Shown here one piece after another: positions 10,934-21,748 of a stretch of 64,000 nucleotides of DNA (position 1 is its first letter; the number at the start of each line of letters is the position of its first letter). Position numbers and translations under genes: made by a program. A model generated the notes under the pieces. That model saw only the letters and a list, made by a program, of their open reading frames with translations, was not told the origin of the DNA and did no database searches. The stretch comes from Sedimentisphaerales bacterium (lineage in GTDB: Bacteria > Planctomycetota > Phycisphaerae > Sedimentisphaerales > Anaerobacaceae): contig OY970194.1 in the NCBI GenBank assembly GCA_963708075.1, positions 5,888,001-5,952,000 of the forward strand, written 5' to 3'.

Positions 10934-11938
10934 CTACACTTCCTTGGCGTCGATCCATTTCATCATTTTTCGCAGCCTGCGACCGACGGTTTCCAACTGG
11001 CTCTTGTTGTCCTTTTCGTACAATTCGTTGAACTTCTTGAGCCCAGTCTGGAACTCGTTCACCCATTCCTTCGCGAACTGACCGGAAGTGATCTCGCCCA
11101 GGATCTTCTTCATCTCCGCCCGGGTCTGCTCGTTGACGATTCGCGGCCCGCGAGTCAAGTCGCCGTATTCGGCGGTATTAGAGATTGAATAGCGCATGTA
11201 GCTCAGGCCCCCCTGATACATCAGATCGACTATCAGCTTCACTTCGTGCATGCACTCAAAGTAAGCGATTTCGGGCTGATAGCCGGCGGCGACGAGGGTT
11301 TCGAAGCCGGCCTTGATCAGGGCGGAGAGGCCGCCGCAGAGGACACATTGCTCGCCGAACAGGTCCGTCTCGGTCTCCTCCTTATAGGTCGTTTCGAGAA
11401 TTCCGGCGCGGGCGCCGCCGATGCCGTGGCCCCAGGCCAGGGCGATCTGCCTGGCGTTGCCGGTGGCGTCCTGCTGGACAGCGACGAGGCAGGGCACGCC
11501 GCCGCCCTTCTGGAATTCGCTGCGGACGAGGTGCCCCGGACCTTTGGGGGCGATCATCACAACGTTGATTTCTTTGGGCGGCACGACGTAGCCGAAGTGG
11601 ATGTTGAACCCGTGACAGAAGCCCATCGTCTGGCCCGGCTTGAGGTTCGGGGCGATCTGCGTCTGATAGATTTTGCCCTGCAACTCATCGGGGAGCGTGA
11701 TGATGATCAGCGCGGCCCCATTCATCGCCGTCTTGATATCGCCCGGCTTGAACCCGTGCTCGGTGGCGAGCTGAAAGTTCTTCGTCCCCGGCAACTCCGC
11801 CACGGCCACCTCGATCCCGCTGTCACGAAGGTTCAGGCTATGCGCATGTCCCTGCGAGCCAAACCCGATGACCGCCACTTTCTTGCCCTGCAGCGGTGCG
11901 ATCGGAGCATCTTTCTCATAGTAAATCTTTGCTGCCAT
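10934..11938 (-). CDS. ilvC: Ketol-acid reductoisomerase (class I)
   Basis: [66 protein letters not shown]. Confidence 0.98.
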   Translation of the reverse strand: MAAKIYYEKDAPIAPLQGKKVAVIGFGSQGHAHSLNLRDSGIEVAVAELPGTKNFQLATEHGFKPGDIKTAMNGAALIIITLPDELQGKIYQTQIAPNLKPGQTMGFCHGFNIHFGYVVPPKEINVVMIAPKGPGHLVRSEFQKGGGVPCLVAVQQDATGNARQIALAWGHGIGGARAGILETTYKEETETDLFGEQCVLCGGLSALIKAGFETLVAAGYQPEIAYFECMHEVKLIVDLMYQGGLSYMRYSISNTAEYGDLTRGPRIVNEQTRAEMKKILGEITSGQFAKEWVNEFQTGLKKFNELYEKDNKSQLETVGRRLRKMMKWIDAKEV

Positions 11939-11969
11939 TGTTTCGTTCTCCTTTCTATCTAAACAAACG

Positions 11970-12550
11970 TCAAACGCGAATATCGAAGTTCCACAGGCAT
12001 AACCCGCCGATTGTAAACGCCCACGCCCAAATAGTAAATTCCCACATTGCCGCTCCCGCAAGGTTTTTCCTTGCCGCGCCTGCCGTGAACCGGCCGACGC
12101 AGGGGCGAATCACCATTCGCTCGTACCATCCGCCCACACGATTCATCATTAGACACCGATCCACGCCGATTCACACGGATTCTTGCAGGGTGTGCACCGC
12201 ACACCGGTCCCTCCTTGTTTGACACGGATTCCACGGATGCACACGGATTTCGAAGCGATCCCTGCTCATCAACGGCAGATTAACCCAGCCCGGCCTTCGG
12301 CCGGAACCAATACTATCTCGCGCAGAGACGCGGAGACGCAGAGAAGAACGCAAAACGTACTCTTCTTACCCCAGCGTCCCTGCGTCTCCGCGCCAGATAT
12401 AATTCCTTTTGTTCCAACGACTTGTAGTGTCGTTCCAGAAATCATCTGGAAATCTTTTTCAGTTCGTGCGAGTTAGCAACGCAGATTCACACCGATTTCC
12501 AACCGACAACTGACTACTGCTCCTCCCATTCCGAAATCCGCAATTCAAAG
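11970..12550. repeat. Second repeat stack, containing reverse complements of units in 9320-9780
   Basis: gcaggggcgaatcaccattcgctc (12099), gcagggtgtgcaccgcacaccg (12185), tcgcgcagagacgcggagacgcag (12318), cacggat triplet, ccgaaatccgcaat (12531). Confidence 0.75.
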
Positions 12551-12819
12551 GCCCCGGATCGGGTGATGCCGAATAGATGTTTGGGATTCCCGCGAAAAAA
12601 TCCCGCGACCGTCTCGACAACGGCTTGCTCATAGATGTCCCCGGAACCCGCCCGGAACCCGTAGAGAGCTGATAACCGGGAACTGGTTTTCCCTTGCGTG
12701 CCTCTCCCATTTTCGGCATAGTAATCTCTGGCGCCCCCTCTGACGAATGTGCAAATAATGACAGTCCCAGCCCGGCGTAGGCCGGAGCGATGCGGTGAGG
12801 TCGAAATGAAGGGGACGGG

Positions 12820-14013
12820 ATGCCGAGTGATCGAGTGATTGCGCTGGGTCCTAGTCTTGCAGCCATCCCCGAACGGCTGCTTCTTGCGCATGCGCGCGGG
12901 GAGGTCCTTTTCATTGCGGGTGCTGGTATCTCCAAGCATTCTGGGTTGCCCGATTTTCGCGAGCTCGTGCTCAAGGTCTATGCGCAGCTTGACGCGCCTG
13001 TGTACGCCGTTCTTGCCAAGACCCCCGACGACGCCCACAACAAGTGCCCCTTTGATCGATCTCAGGTGACCGCCCAGCAAGCCGCAGAGGTCCAGAGATT
13101 CATCAACAGGGACTATGATGTTGTCTTGGGCATGCTTGAACGCCGAATCGATGGACATTCCCATGACAGGAGCCGCGTCAGGGAGGTAGTGGCTGCTGAA
13201 CTGCGCGATGCTGATGCCAAGCCCGCCCGAATTCACAGAGCGCTAATGCGACTTTCAGACCGTGGCGGCGCTGTTACTGTGGTAACGACCAATTTTGATC
13301 TTCTCCTTGAGGACGCTGCAAAGGGCCTTCGCTCACCAGTTCAGACATACGCTCTCGGAGGAATCCCAAGACCAGCGAGCAGGAACGATTTCGCCGGTGT
13401 TCTTCACATTCATGGCGTGCTTGATCGTGATCCAGCCAGAACGTCGGACCTGATCATAACAGACCAGGATTTCGGCGAGTTCTACTTGCGAAGGCGCGTT
13501 GTACCAGACTTCATCTATGATGCGGCCCGCCTGTTCAATCTCGTCCTAGTTGGGTATTCTGCGAACGATCCTCCAATGAGGTACCTTCTGAACGCTGTTG
13601 CCGCAGACAGTACGCGTTTCAGCGATCTCAAGCAACGCTTCGCCTTCGTGCCAACCAACGGTTCAGATCCCGTCGGCTTGGAGGATTGGAGGGGCAGGGG
13701 AATTGTCCCCATCCCTTACGACCCAGCCGATAACTATCTTACGCTCGTCAATACCTTGGAGCGATGGGCAGCCTTGTTAGCGAACAACGGTGAGAGGAGT
13801 CTTGTCGATACTGAGATAAGGCGTATCGTTCGAGCCAGCCGGTGCGCTGCGAGCGATTCTGACCGCGACATCTTCGATCATTTGATTCGACGGAGTGACC
13901 GTAACGAACGTGCTCGCCTATCTGCATTGGCATCTATGCAGAAGGCGGATCTCGACTGGCTTGAAGCTATCATCGCAGTTGCCTCTGAGAATGATCGGGG
14001 GCGGAGCCAATGA
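12820..14013 (+). CDS. SIR2-like (SIR2_2) protein resembling the Dsr1 N-terminal region
   Basis: IPERLLLAHARGEVLFIAGAGIS, GLPDF, VTTNFD, LHIHG, DQDFGEFYL, LVGYSANDPPMRYLLNAVAAD. Confidence 0.85.
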   Translation: MPSDRVIALGPSLAAIPERLLLAHARGEVLFIAGAGISKHSGLPDFRELVLKVYAQLDAPVYAVLAKTPDDAHNKCPFDRSQVTAQQAAEVQRFINRDYDVVLGMLERRIDGHSHDRSRVREVVAAELRDADAKPARIHRALMRLSDRGGAVTVVTTNFDLLLEDAAKGLRSPVQTYALGGIPRPASRNDFAGVLHIHGVLDRDPARTSDLIITDQDFGEFYLRRRVVPDFIYDAARLFNLVLVGYSANDPPMRYLLNAVAADSTRFSDLKQRFAFVPTNGSDPVGLEDWRGRGIVPIPYDPADNYLTLVNTLERWAALLANNGERSLVDTEIRRIVRASRCAASDSDRDIFDHLIRRSDRNERARLSALASMQKADLDWLEAIIAVASENDRGRSQ

Positions 14014-16764
14014 GGATAGAATGGCGTGATCTCAACGAATCAGGTCAAGCAGTGTTCTGGGCCGCGCGTGCGTTCTTGACTGGACGACTCGAGGAGCGCG
14101 CAACGATCAATTGGGCACTGCGGCTTAAGCCGAATGATACAGCCACCCGTGTTGCAGTGCTCAATGTGCTCGATGGGCCAGGTGGACAGAAGATCAATGA
14201 GCCATGGCAGTCTGCTTGGCGGTTGATCGAAGAATGGTGGGATGGTCCGACAGTTGAGCGATCTTCTATCGCGGCGTACCATGCTCAACAGCGACTGAGT
14301 TCGGGGGACAGATCCGGAGCACTTGTCAGAAGAATCGTGGAACTCGTTTCCCCACGGCTCAGTCTGGAGCCGCTCAATGCCGAGCCGTCTTTAGGCCTTA
14401 ATGCATACTCGCGAAGGCTGCGAAGGTGTCCCAGAAAGGTCGAAGACCTTCTCAGTGTGGAATTGACAAGTGGAGAGAGCATTGATCCAGGCGTGTTGAA
14501 GCTTGGCGACGTGAGCGACGCGTGCTTCCTTACGTCCTTAGCCCTTGCCCTTGATGCTGCCGTTGCCAATGCGCTGGATATCGCTCGCCGTCTGGGATGG
14601 CATTGCGAGGGGAGCCTTTCACGGCTCGGAGGTCTCTATCGGGTCTACTACGTGCAGGCCACCGAACGTGCTGACGAAGAGGAAGAGCCTGATGAGTATC
14701 ATCGTGGGATCGCGCCATCCGTGAAACTCCTGCACACGACTGTCTCACGGCTCGCAGATATTGATGTTTCGGCTGCGGCGCAATTCATTCGACGATGGAA
14801 GGAGATGAATTCATCGATCCATCTACGATTGTGGGCGGCACTATCGCGAGATTCTCGTATCACACCGGCCAAGGACGTTGGCACAACACTTCTATCGCTG
14901 GGGAATAGAGAATTCTGGAAGGTAACAGGCTATCCCGAAATCGCTGAATTGCGAGCGAAACGCTTCGGTGACCTCGATCCCCACCAACAGCGAGCAATCG
15001 GTGCTCGCGTTCGAAAGCTTCCACCGCGTAGTCTCTGGCCAAGGAAGGTTGACGCTGAACGAGTCACAGATGCACGGCTTTATTGGGCGCTTCGCGAGTT
15101 GCGGCGTATCGAGATTAGCGGTGTCTCTCTACCACACGAAGACAAGGTGTGGTTGGAGGCCGGGGTCCAAGGCCTCCCTGACATCGCCCAAATGACCCGG
15201 TTGGACGAAGGCTTCATGGAGGGGCCCAGAACCCACACAATTCCAGCATACCCCGATAGTCGATTTGATTTGCTTGCGGGTGAGGATCGACTGAAGATGT
15301 TGGAAGCGGCCTTTTCATCCCCGCGTAACGGACGGGATGATGATCCTGCCAGTCGTGCCGGCGATTGGATCGAGCAGCCGGGCCGACCCATCCAGATCCT
15401 TGGAGATCTGGAATCCGTCCCGGATGGTGGGGCTGCCTTCACAAGAGTCTGGGACCGGTTCGGATGGGCGCACTCACCGGCAATAGGACATGACGAGGGT
15501 ACAGCGCAACGAGATCTGCATGCAGAAAGCTGTCGCGTCCTATTGCTTCTCTCCAAATTGCCAGAGGCGACCATGCGTGGAGCCGTCGAAGGCATATCCA
15601 ACTGGCTCTTCACCTGGAGGAACAAGGTCGATGTATTATTGCCCCAAGGGCTCGGTATTTGGCTCAAGCTCTGGCCAATCGCAGTTGAGGCCACGAACGC
15701 AAGAAAACCCCGTGAAGAAGAGTTCGACCTCAGTACGGTTTTACCATCTTCATCTCAGCAGGAGCCCAAAGGTCCCGACACACTGAACACACCAGCAGGG
15801 AGACTCATCCATGTCTTTTTGGCTGCATGTCCAGAGTTATCAGAAGACGGACATCCCTTCAGCATCAATGGTGCACCTCGCACGATGCGAGATGCGATCA
15901 TCGCTGCTCCCGGTGAGTCCGGGGTGATAGCTCGCCACATGATGATCGAAGCGTTAGGCTACTTCCTGAAAGCAGACCCGACTTGGACAAAGAGGCACCT
16001 AATCACGCCACTAACCAGGAATAGTCGCGAGGCGCGGGCCCTTTGGGGCGCGGTTGCACGACGGAGGCGGTTTTCGGAAGTCCTCGAGATCATTGGTGAC
16101 GCGATGACAGAGCATGCCACCGACCTGGGGCTTGGGCGAGAGAACCCAGCGTTCACTCGTGTTCAGCCTTGTGGTGGAATGCCTTCATGCGTTTCGTGAG
16201 CAGCGAGAGCCTGCAGTAGCCCCCGCTCGTATCACGCAGATGTTGCGGTCGCTTGATGATGAAATCCGTGCATCTGCGGCTGAGGTCGCTCAACGTTTCG
16301 TTCGCGGTAATTCTGTGCCTCGCGATGGGGGGCAAGCCCTTGCGTCACCAGAACAACTCTTTCGATCTGCAGTCGCACCTTTCCTCCAGAGAGTCTGGCC
16401 GCAGGAACGCTCTCTGACGACACCAGGTGTGAGCAAAGCACTGGCCGATCTGCCTGCTGCTACGAAAGGTGCATTTGCCGACGCTGTAAAGGAAATCGAG
16501 CGATTCCTTGTCCCTTTCGAGTGCTGGTCGATGCTTGAGTACGGCTTGTACGGTGAAGAAGGTGGCAAGCCCAAGTTGTCGAATATCGACAATCCGAACA
16601 AAGCCCGTGCCCTCCTGCGACTTCTTGATCTGACAGTCGGCAGAGCCGAAGGATCCGTGGTCCCGCACGACCTGGGTGACGCGCTCGATCAAATCCGCAA
16701 TATCGCACCCAACCTAACGAAGACCCCAGAATTCCGTCGTCTTGCGGCTGCTGCCCGCCGGTGA
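14010..16764 (+). CDS. Large helical hypothetical protein (about 917 aa), partner or C-terminal part of the SIR2 protein; apparent frameshift near 16143
   Basis: ATGA overlap with the SIR2 ORF; 14010..16199 continues in 16114..16764; DTLNTPAGRL motif resembles AINRPAGIL of the upstream SIR2-DUF4020-like gene. Confidence 0.7.
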
Positions 16765-16865
16765 TAGCCGCCCACCCGATCTCGATAGTCAGCCCTCGCG
16801 TTAAACTCTAGCGGCAATTGCGGAGCGAGAGGCCGGGATTGCGGATTGCAGATTTCGGTACTTCA

Positions 16866-16911
16866 GGGGACACATTACTTATTTCAGGCGCGAATTAAGT
16901 AATATGTCCCC
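16866..16911. repeat. 16-bp inverted repeat
   Basis: ggggacacattactta ... taagtaatatgtcccc (15/16 complementary). Confidence 0.7.
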
Positions 16912-17120
16912 AGATTTCCTCCAAATAGGAGTTTTTCAGCGGAATCTATTATTTACTGTTGGGCGGGGAGCGATTTCGCAATCTGGATGAGAGATGGGGG
17001 CCCTTGCAGCTTGTTTCGAGTTTCGATATTCGGGCTTCGAGATTCCTGGATTTTGCCGGGCATGTCGACAAGTGTCGCCGCGACAAGGACTTATGAACGG
17101 CCTTTTTGTTGACTTTTAGC

Positions 17121-17149
17121 TTGACCAATTGACCATAATCCTTTAGAAT
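17121..17149 (+). promoter_or_regulatory. Sigma70-like promoter for the HNH-AP2 gene
   Basis: TTGACC-17 bp-TAGAAT. Confidence 0.55.
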
Positions 17150-17244
17150 CGGGCCAACGTCGCGTGTGGCGGCGGGTTCCTGGCCGGGGGTGTGGACCGG
17201 GCTGGGGCGAGTGCGGGCGGTCTTGGATGGGAAGGGAGAAGGCG

Positions 17245-18069
17245 ATGCGTTCGGAAAGCTGTTACAAGTGCATCTATGCGTGCTTCGATCCGGAGGTGTG
17301 GCTGCGGTGGATCTGGGCGGGCGTGCCGTGCGTGCCGATGTGCGCGAATCATCCCGACTCGCCGGGCCGGCTGCGGGAGGTGACAGGGGTGCCCTGCCGG
17401 AACTACCGACGCAAGCCCGCCGCGCCGGGCGGAGACGTCCGGCGAATCCCCGTAGGCGGCGGCCTGTACGCGTACGTGGACGCGGCGGACTACGAGCAAC
17501 TCAGTCGGCATAAGTGGTACTGTAACAACTCCGGCTACGCCGCACGACGCGAAAAGGGCAAGGTGATCCTGATGCATCGCCAGATCATGCGCACGCCGAA
17601 AGGAAAGGTCGTGGACCACACCGACAAGAATCGGTTGAACAACTGTCGGAAGAATCTACGCAACTGCACGCAGACTGAGAATAAACAGAACATGGCCAAG
17701 CGCCTCGGCTGCACCTCCAGGTTCAAGGGTATCTACTACGCTAAGAGGGTCGGCAAGTGGTGCGCGCGGATCACGTACTGGGGCAGGGTCTTTTCACTTG
17801 GCTGCTTCAGCGACGAAGCCGAGGCCGCTCGCGCGTATGATCGTGCGGCGGTCGCGTATTTCGGTGAGTTTGCCGAGCTCAATTTTCCGGAGGAGTGGCC
17901 GCCGGAGAGGCGACGGGAGGTGCACGCACAGTGGCAGAGGGAAAAGGGTAAGCGAAAGGGCAAGAGGCGAAAGACAAAAGCCAGGAGCGTCCCACGTCCC
18001 GCCAAGGCGCCGGCACGCAAGTCCGGCAGGCGCCCGACGCGCAAGGCCAAGCGGACCAGCGGTCAATAA
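17245..18069 (+). CDS. HNH endonuclease with AP2 DNA-binding domain and Cys-rich N-terminus
   Basis: AYVDAADYEQL..HKW, MHRQIM, VVDHTDKNRLNNCRKNLR (HNH), SRFKGI...LGCFSDEAEAARAYDRAA...GEFAELNF (AP2); basic tail. Confidence 0.88.
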   Translation: MRSESCYKCIYACFDPEVWLRWIWAGVPCVPMCANHPDSPGRLREVTGVPCRNYRRKPAAPGGDVRRIPVGGGLYAYVDAADYEQLSRHKWYCNNSGYAARREKGKVILMHRQIMRTPKGKVVDHTDKNRLNNCRKNLRNCTQTENKQNMAKRLGCTSRFKGIYYAKRVGKWCARITYWGRVFSLGCFSDEAEAARAYDRAAVAYFGEFAELNFPEEWPPERRREVHAQWQREKGKRKGKRRKTKARSVPRPAKAPARKSGRRPTRKAKRTSGQ

Positions 18070-18335
18070 TAGGGACAGTCACCTATTTTCGCCTTATCCT
18101 ATCGTCTTCGAGCTCATCACGCAATCCCACGACCACGGGATTCTTCAGGTCCCGAAGTCTCCGGCCTCAAACCACTGTGTCGCACTCCAATCCAGGATGC
18201 TCGTCAAAGAATGTCATGTTATTGCGGCAGAGGTGCCCGCGGGGCACAAGTGAAAAGTGACAGGGAACAGGGAAGAAGCTGCGGCCGGAGGCCGCATCGG
18301 AGCGTTCTTCGGGCCGGCCGGCTGTGTGAAATCAC

Positions 18336-18968
18336 TTACATCTCATGCTGGTGATCGCCCGATGCCGGAACCTGTTCACCCATTCTCTGACCCAGCAGGT
18401 CGTTCGCACCGAGTCCGAGCCGTCTCAGGCACTTCACGGCCGCAACGCGGGAGATATCGAGACGCTGAAATCGGTCTTCCGTCATCAGATAGACCGAGCC
18501 GGACCACACACTGGGCGCTCCCGGGACAAACACCGCATAGTGCCCGCTCTCCAGGCGTTCCATCAGGAAGCCGATCTGCCACGCCTCTTCGATGCGCGCC
18601 AGGACCACCTGATAGGCACGGCCCATTTCGTACCCCATCAGGCTTTCGCTGATCCCCTTGAAGAAATCGTACCCGGGAACGTTATAAAGAAACACGCTTT
18701 CCAGCCAGTCCACCATCTTGTGGGCGAGGCGAGTCTTCGCAAACAACCCGGCGCCAAGACAAAAGAGCACGATCCCCGCGACCGCCAGAATCGTCGCCAG
18801 CGGGATGCCTGCCATCGACTGCATGGCAATCCGGCTCGCCAGCGGGGTAACGACTCCGATCGAGATCTCTTCGGCCTTGCCCAGCACAATCGCCAGCACG
18901 ACGACAGGCAGCAGAAACAGAATGCCGCCGATGAAGGTCGCACGCAGAAAGACAACAAGAGTTCTCAT
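18336..18968 (-). CDS. DUF502-like membrane protein
   Basis: GGILFLLPVVVL, two TM segments, VPGY, IGFLME, AVFVPGAP...SGSV. Confidence 0.8.
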   Translation of the reverse strand: MRTLVVFLRATFIGGILFLLPVVVLAIVLGKAEEISIGVVTPLASRIAMQSMAGIPLATILAVAGIVLFCLGAGLFAKTRLAHKMVDWLESVFLYNVPGYDFFKGISESLMGYEMGRAYQVVLARIEEAWQIGFLMERLESGHYAVFVPGAPSVWSGSVYLMTEDRFQRLDISRVAAVKCLRRLGLGANDLLGQRMGEQVPASGDHQHEM

Positions 18969-19227
18969 GGTCCCCCCTTACACAATGGACAACAACAAGG
19001 GCCCGCCCGCCAAAGGCAGTCCCTTACGCTTCATTCCGCATACCACACGCGCCTGCCCTCGCCAATAGGGAAATGGTGCAAGCACGCCGCGCATTACCAC
19101 GAACTTGGCCTGGCAGTCCCGGCGTCCCATTCGACTGCGCTCAGGGCAGGCTCCGCTTGCTGCTGCCACCCATTTCTGATGCCCGAGAAACTGCACCGAC
19201 AGGCACGCAAAAAATCGTGGGGTTGGG

Positions 19228-19256
19228 TTGACAAGGGCGGGTTTTGGCTGTCTAAT
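19228..19256 (+). promoter_or_regulatory. Sigma70-like promoter of tRNA-Tyr
   Basis: TTGACA-17 bp-TCTAAT followed by a GC-rich stretch. Confidence 0.65.
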
Positions 19257-19296
19257 ATATGGGCTTGGGCGCAACTGAGGCGCCCGAGCGGGAACC

Positions 19297-19379
19297 GGAC
19301 AGGTGCCCGAGTGGCTAAAGGGAGCGGGCTGTAAACCCGCTGGTGTAAACCTACGTAGGTTCGAATCCTACCCTGTCCA
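19297..19379 (+). tRNA. tRNA-Tyr (GTA)
   Basis: Acceptor GGACAGG/CCTGTCC, D-loop GAGTGGCTAAAG, anticodon arm GCGGG-CTGTAAA-CCCGC, long variable arm, GGTTCGAATCC; CCA not encoded. Confidence 0.97.
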
Positions 19380-19505
19380 ATACGACACTCGCAAGCTGTT
19401 GCAGAGCCTGGTTGTGCGTCGTTTTTCGCGAGTTGACGAACAGGGAGCGGCGGCAGCAAGGCTCTGCGGCATTTTGCGCCGCCTCATCCGTGCTGTTCAC
19501 CGTTT

Positions 19506-19742
19506 TTACCGCCCGGGCTCCCGCATGATGATCGCGTCCACCTGCTCGCCGCGCAGACAGTCGGAAACCTTCTTTTTCCAGTCAACGGCCTGATAGTGGA
19601 GAGGCTCGCGGTAAAACGTCCAGGGGCCGTACTCGTTGGCGTAGCGGGCAATGCCCTGAAGTAATCCCCGGTCGAAAGCCCTCGTCGGGGCGATCAGAAG
19701 CATGACTTTCGGCGCCTTGAACATCTGCGGCATCATCCTCAC
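19506..19742 (-). pseudogene. N-terminal remnant of a XylR-type regulator (sugar-binding plus AraC family)
   Basis: KVMLLI...FDRGLLQGIARYANEYGPWTFY...VDAII matches the start of XylR-like proteins but stops after 78 aa. Confidence 0.65.
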
Positions 19743-20148
19743 CGCTGTTTCGCCGATCTACGGCATCCGGATTCTCCCGCCTGACGGTGCGCCTCTGGGC
19801 GTCGATCCAGTCTGCATCGCTGGCGTCCCCGCGCAGTAATTGCGGATCATCCCATTACCCTCCGCAGAGTGCGTGCGGACATGGCAATCGGAGGACTTCA
19901 CCAACCCAGGGCCTGTGGTTCCCAGCGAGCCGCAGGCCCTCTCTACATCTGCAGTGCCGTGATCTCCGCATCCTGTGGGAAATGAGCAGGGTCTTCCGGG
20001 TGAACTTCGGATCGGCTGCCGTTGTGTTGCTGCCGTCGCCGTCCCTTCGATTGATCCGTCATGTCATTCTCTCGTCAGTTGCACACGGAGCGCTGCGGCG
20101 GTATAAGAGCAGCACGTGTCAGACGCTTGCGAAAGGAGAAAGGGATTC

Positions 20149-21739
20149 ATGATTGCGCTCTTGATGGCTCTCGCCGCAGGGCTTGTTCGTGAGGCACCTG
20201 TACAGAGAGTGCCCTTGTGGGGCTGCTTTGAGATAAGCGTTGCTAACTCAAAGAGTTACGCGAATCCATTCACTGATGTCACGCTGGTGGCCACCTTCAT
20301 CCGTCCCGACAAGAGCCGAGTGTCATTTTGGGGCTTCTACGACGGCGATGGCAACGGCGGCCAGATGGGGAATGTGTGGAGACTACGGTTCATGCCGGAC
20401 CAGGTAGGCACGTGGTCCTATGAGTGTGCCTTCTCCGATGGAACACCCGGCAAGGGCGGCACGTTCGACTGTATTGATGACGGGGCGCGGCCCGGTCCGC
20501 TGCGCGGATCCCATCAACCCTCACTGCTGGATCTTTGCCGATGGCTCGCACTTCTTCCCCCGCGCCTACACGGCTCCCGAACTGTTCGTTGCAGAGAACC
20601 ACACCCACCGCACGTACTGGATCGACTACTTCTTCGGCACGAAGCACCGGTTCAATCTCTGCAACGCGAACCTGCTCAACTTCGTCGGAGTTGGGGATGA
20701 ACTCAACTGGCAAGGAACTCCTTACAAAGCTCCCGATCCGGCTCAGGAGGGCCGATACGCGAGCATTTCAGGCAACGGCTTGTTTCCCTTTCTCTATTCG
20801 GGGACACGTCCACTGTTCGACGGGGGATCGAACGTGGACTGGCTACGTCCGAGCATCCGATGCTGGGCGAATGTGGACGAGGTCCTCCGTGAGTTGGAGG
20901 CGCGTAAGGTCGTATGGTTCAATCACTGGGGAATGATCGGCTGGGACTGGAGCGGCAACGGCAGGCTCCTTGTGCCGGCCGCGGCACGCAAGCCGGTCCT
21001 GCGGTACTGGATTGCCCGACTGGCGCCCTACTGGAACGTCACCTGGAATATCGCGGGGGAGTGGGACGAGTTGCTGACTCCGGCCCAGTTCGATGAACTG
21101 GGCACGTTTCTCAAAGAGATGGATCCGTGGAAGCACCCGGTGACCTTGCACGCACTGGGGACGACGGTGGACAGGCCCTGGGTCGATTTTCGTGTCCAGC
21201 AATTCGCCGCCGGCACGAGTGCCGACTCCGTCACAAACGCGGGCCGTGCAGCGGCCGACTACGCCGACAAGCCCGTCTTTGCATTCGAGACCTCCTGGGA
21301 AGCCACGCCCGGCAAACTCACCGCCGATCAGGTGCGCACGGGCGCATGGGGCAGCCTCATGGGCGGAGCGTTCTACCTCTATGCGGAGTGCTTCGAGCCC
21401 ACACTCACCTGGGGCGACGGCAGCGCTTTTCCATTCATCGAGATCATGAATGCCTTCGTTGCCGGGCTTGCATACTGGAGCCTGAAGCCGGACCATACCT
21501 TAGTGAATTCAGGAAGTCTCTGTCTGGCCGATCCGGGACGGGAATATGTGATCTATCGCCAAAGCGGAGGAACCATTACCATCGATCTCCCCGGAGCCGG
21601 GCCTGCATTCAAGGCCCAATGGCTGGACCCACGCACCGGAGCCAGGAAAGCGGCCGCGGCCGTAGAGGGTGGCGCGAAGCGGACGTTCTCATGCCCCGAT
21701 GCACACGACTGGGTACTGCATCTGAACAGAGGAGAATGA
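20149..21739 (+). CDS. Secreted DUF5060/DUF4038 (apiosidase-like) protein with C-terminal collagen-binding-like domain; frameshift near 20505
   Basis: NPFTDV...GFYDGDG...WRLRFMP..GTWSY then FADGSHFF, RYWIARLAPYWNVTWNIAGE, DPWKHPVTLH, WLDPRTG...DWVL. Confidence 0.8.
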
Positions 21740-21748
21740 GGAGAGATC

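Noticed and set aside
12514..13236. 240-aa minus-strand ORF opposite the SIR2 gene
   Set aside because: No recognisable motifs; antisense shadow running into repeat DNA
17245..18069. Prophage suggested by the HNH-AP2 gene
   Set aside because: No structural, terminase, replication or integrase genes nearby
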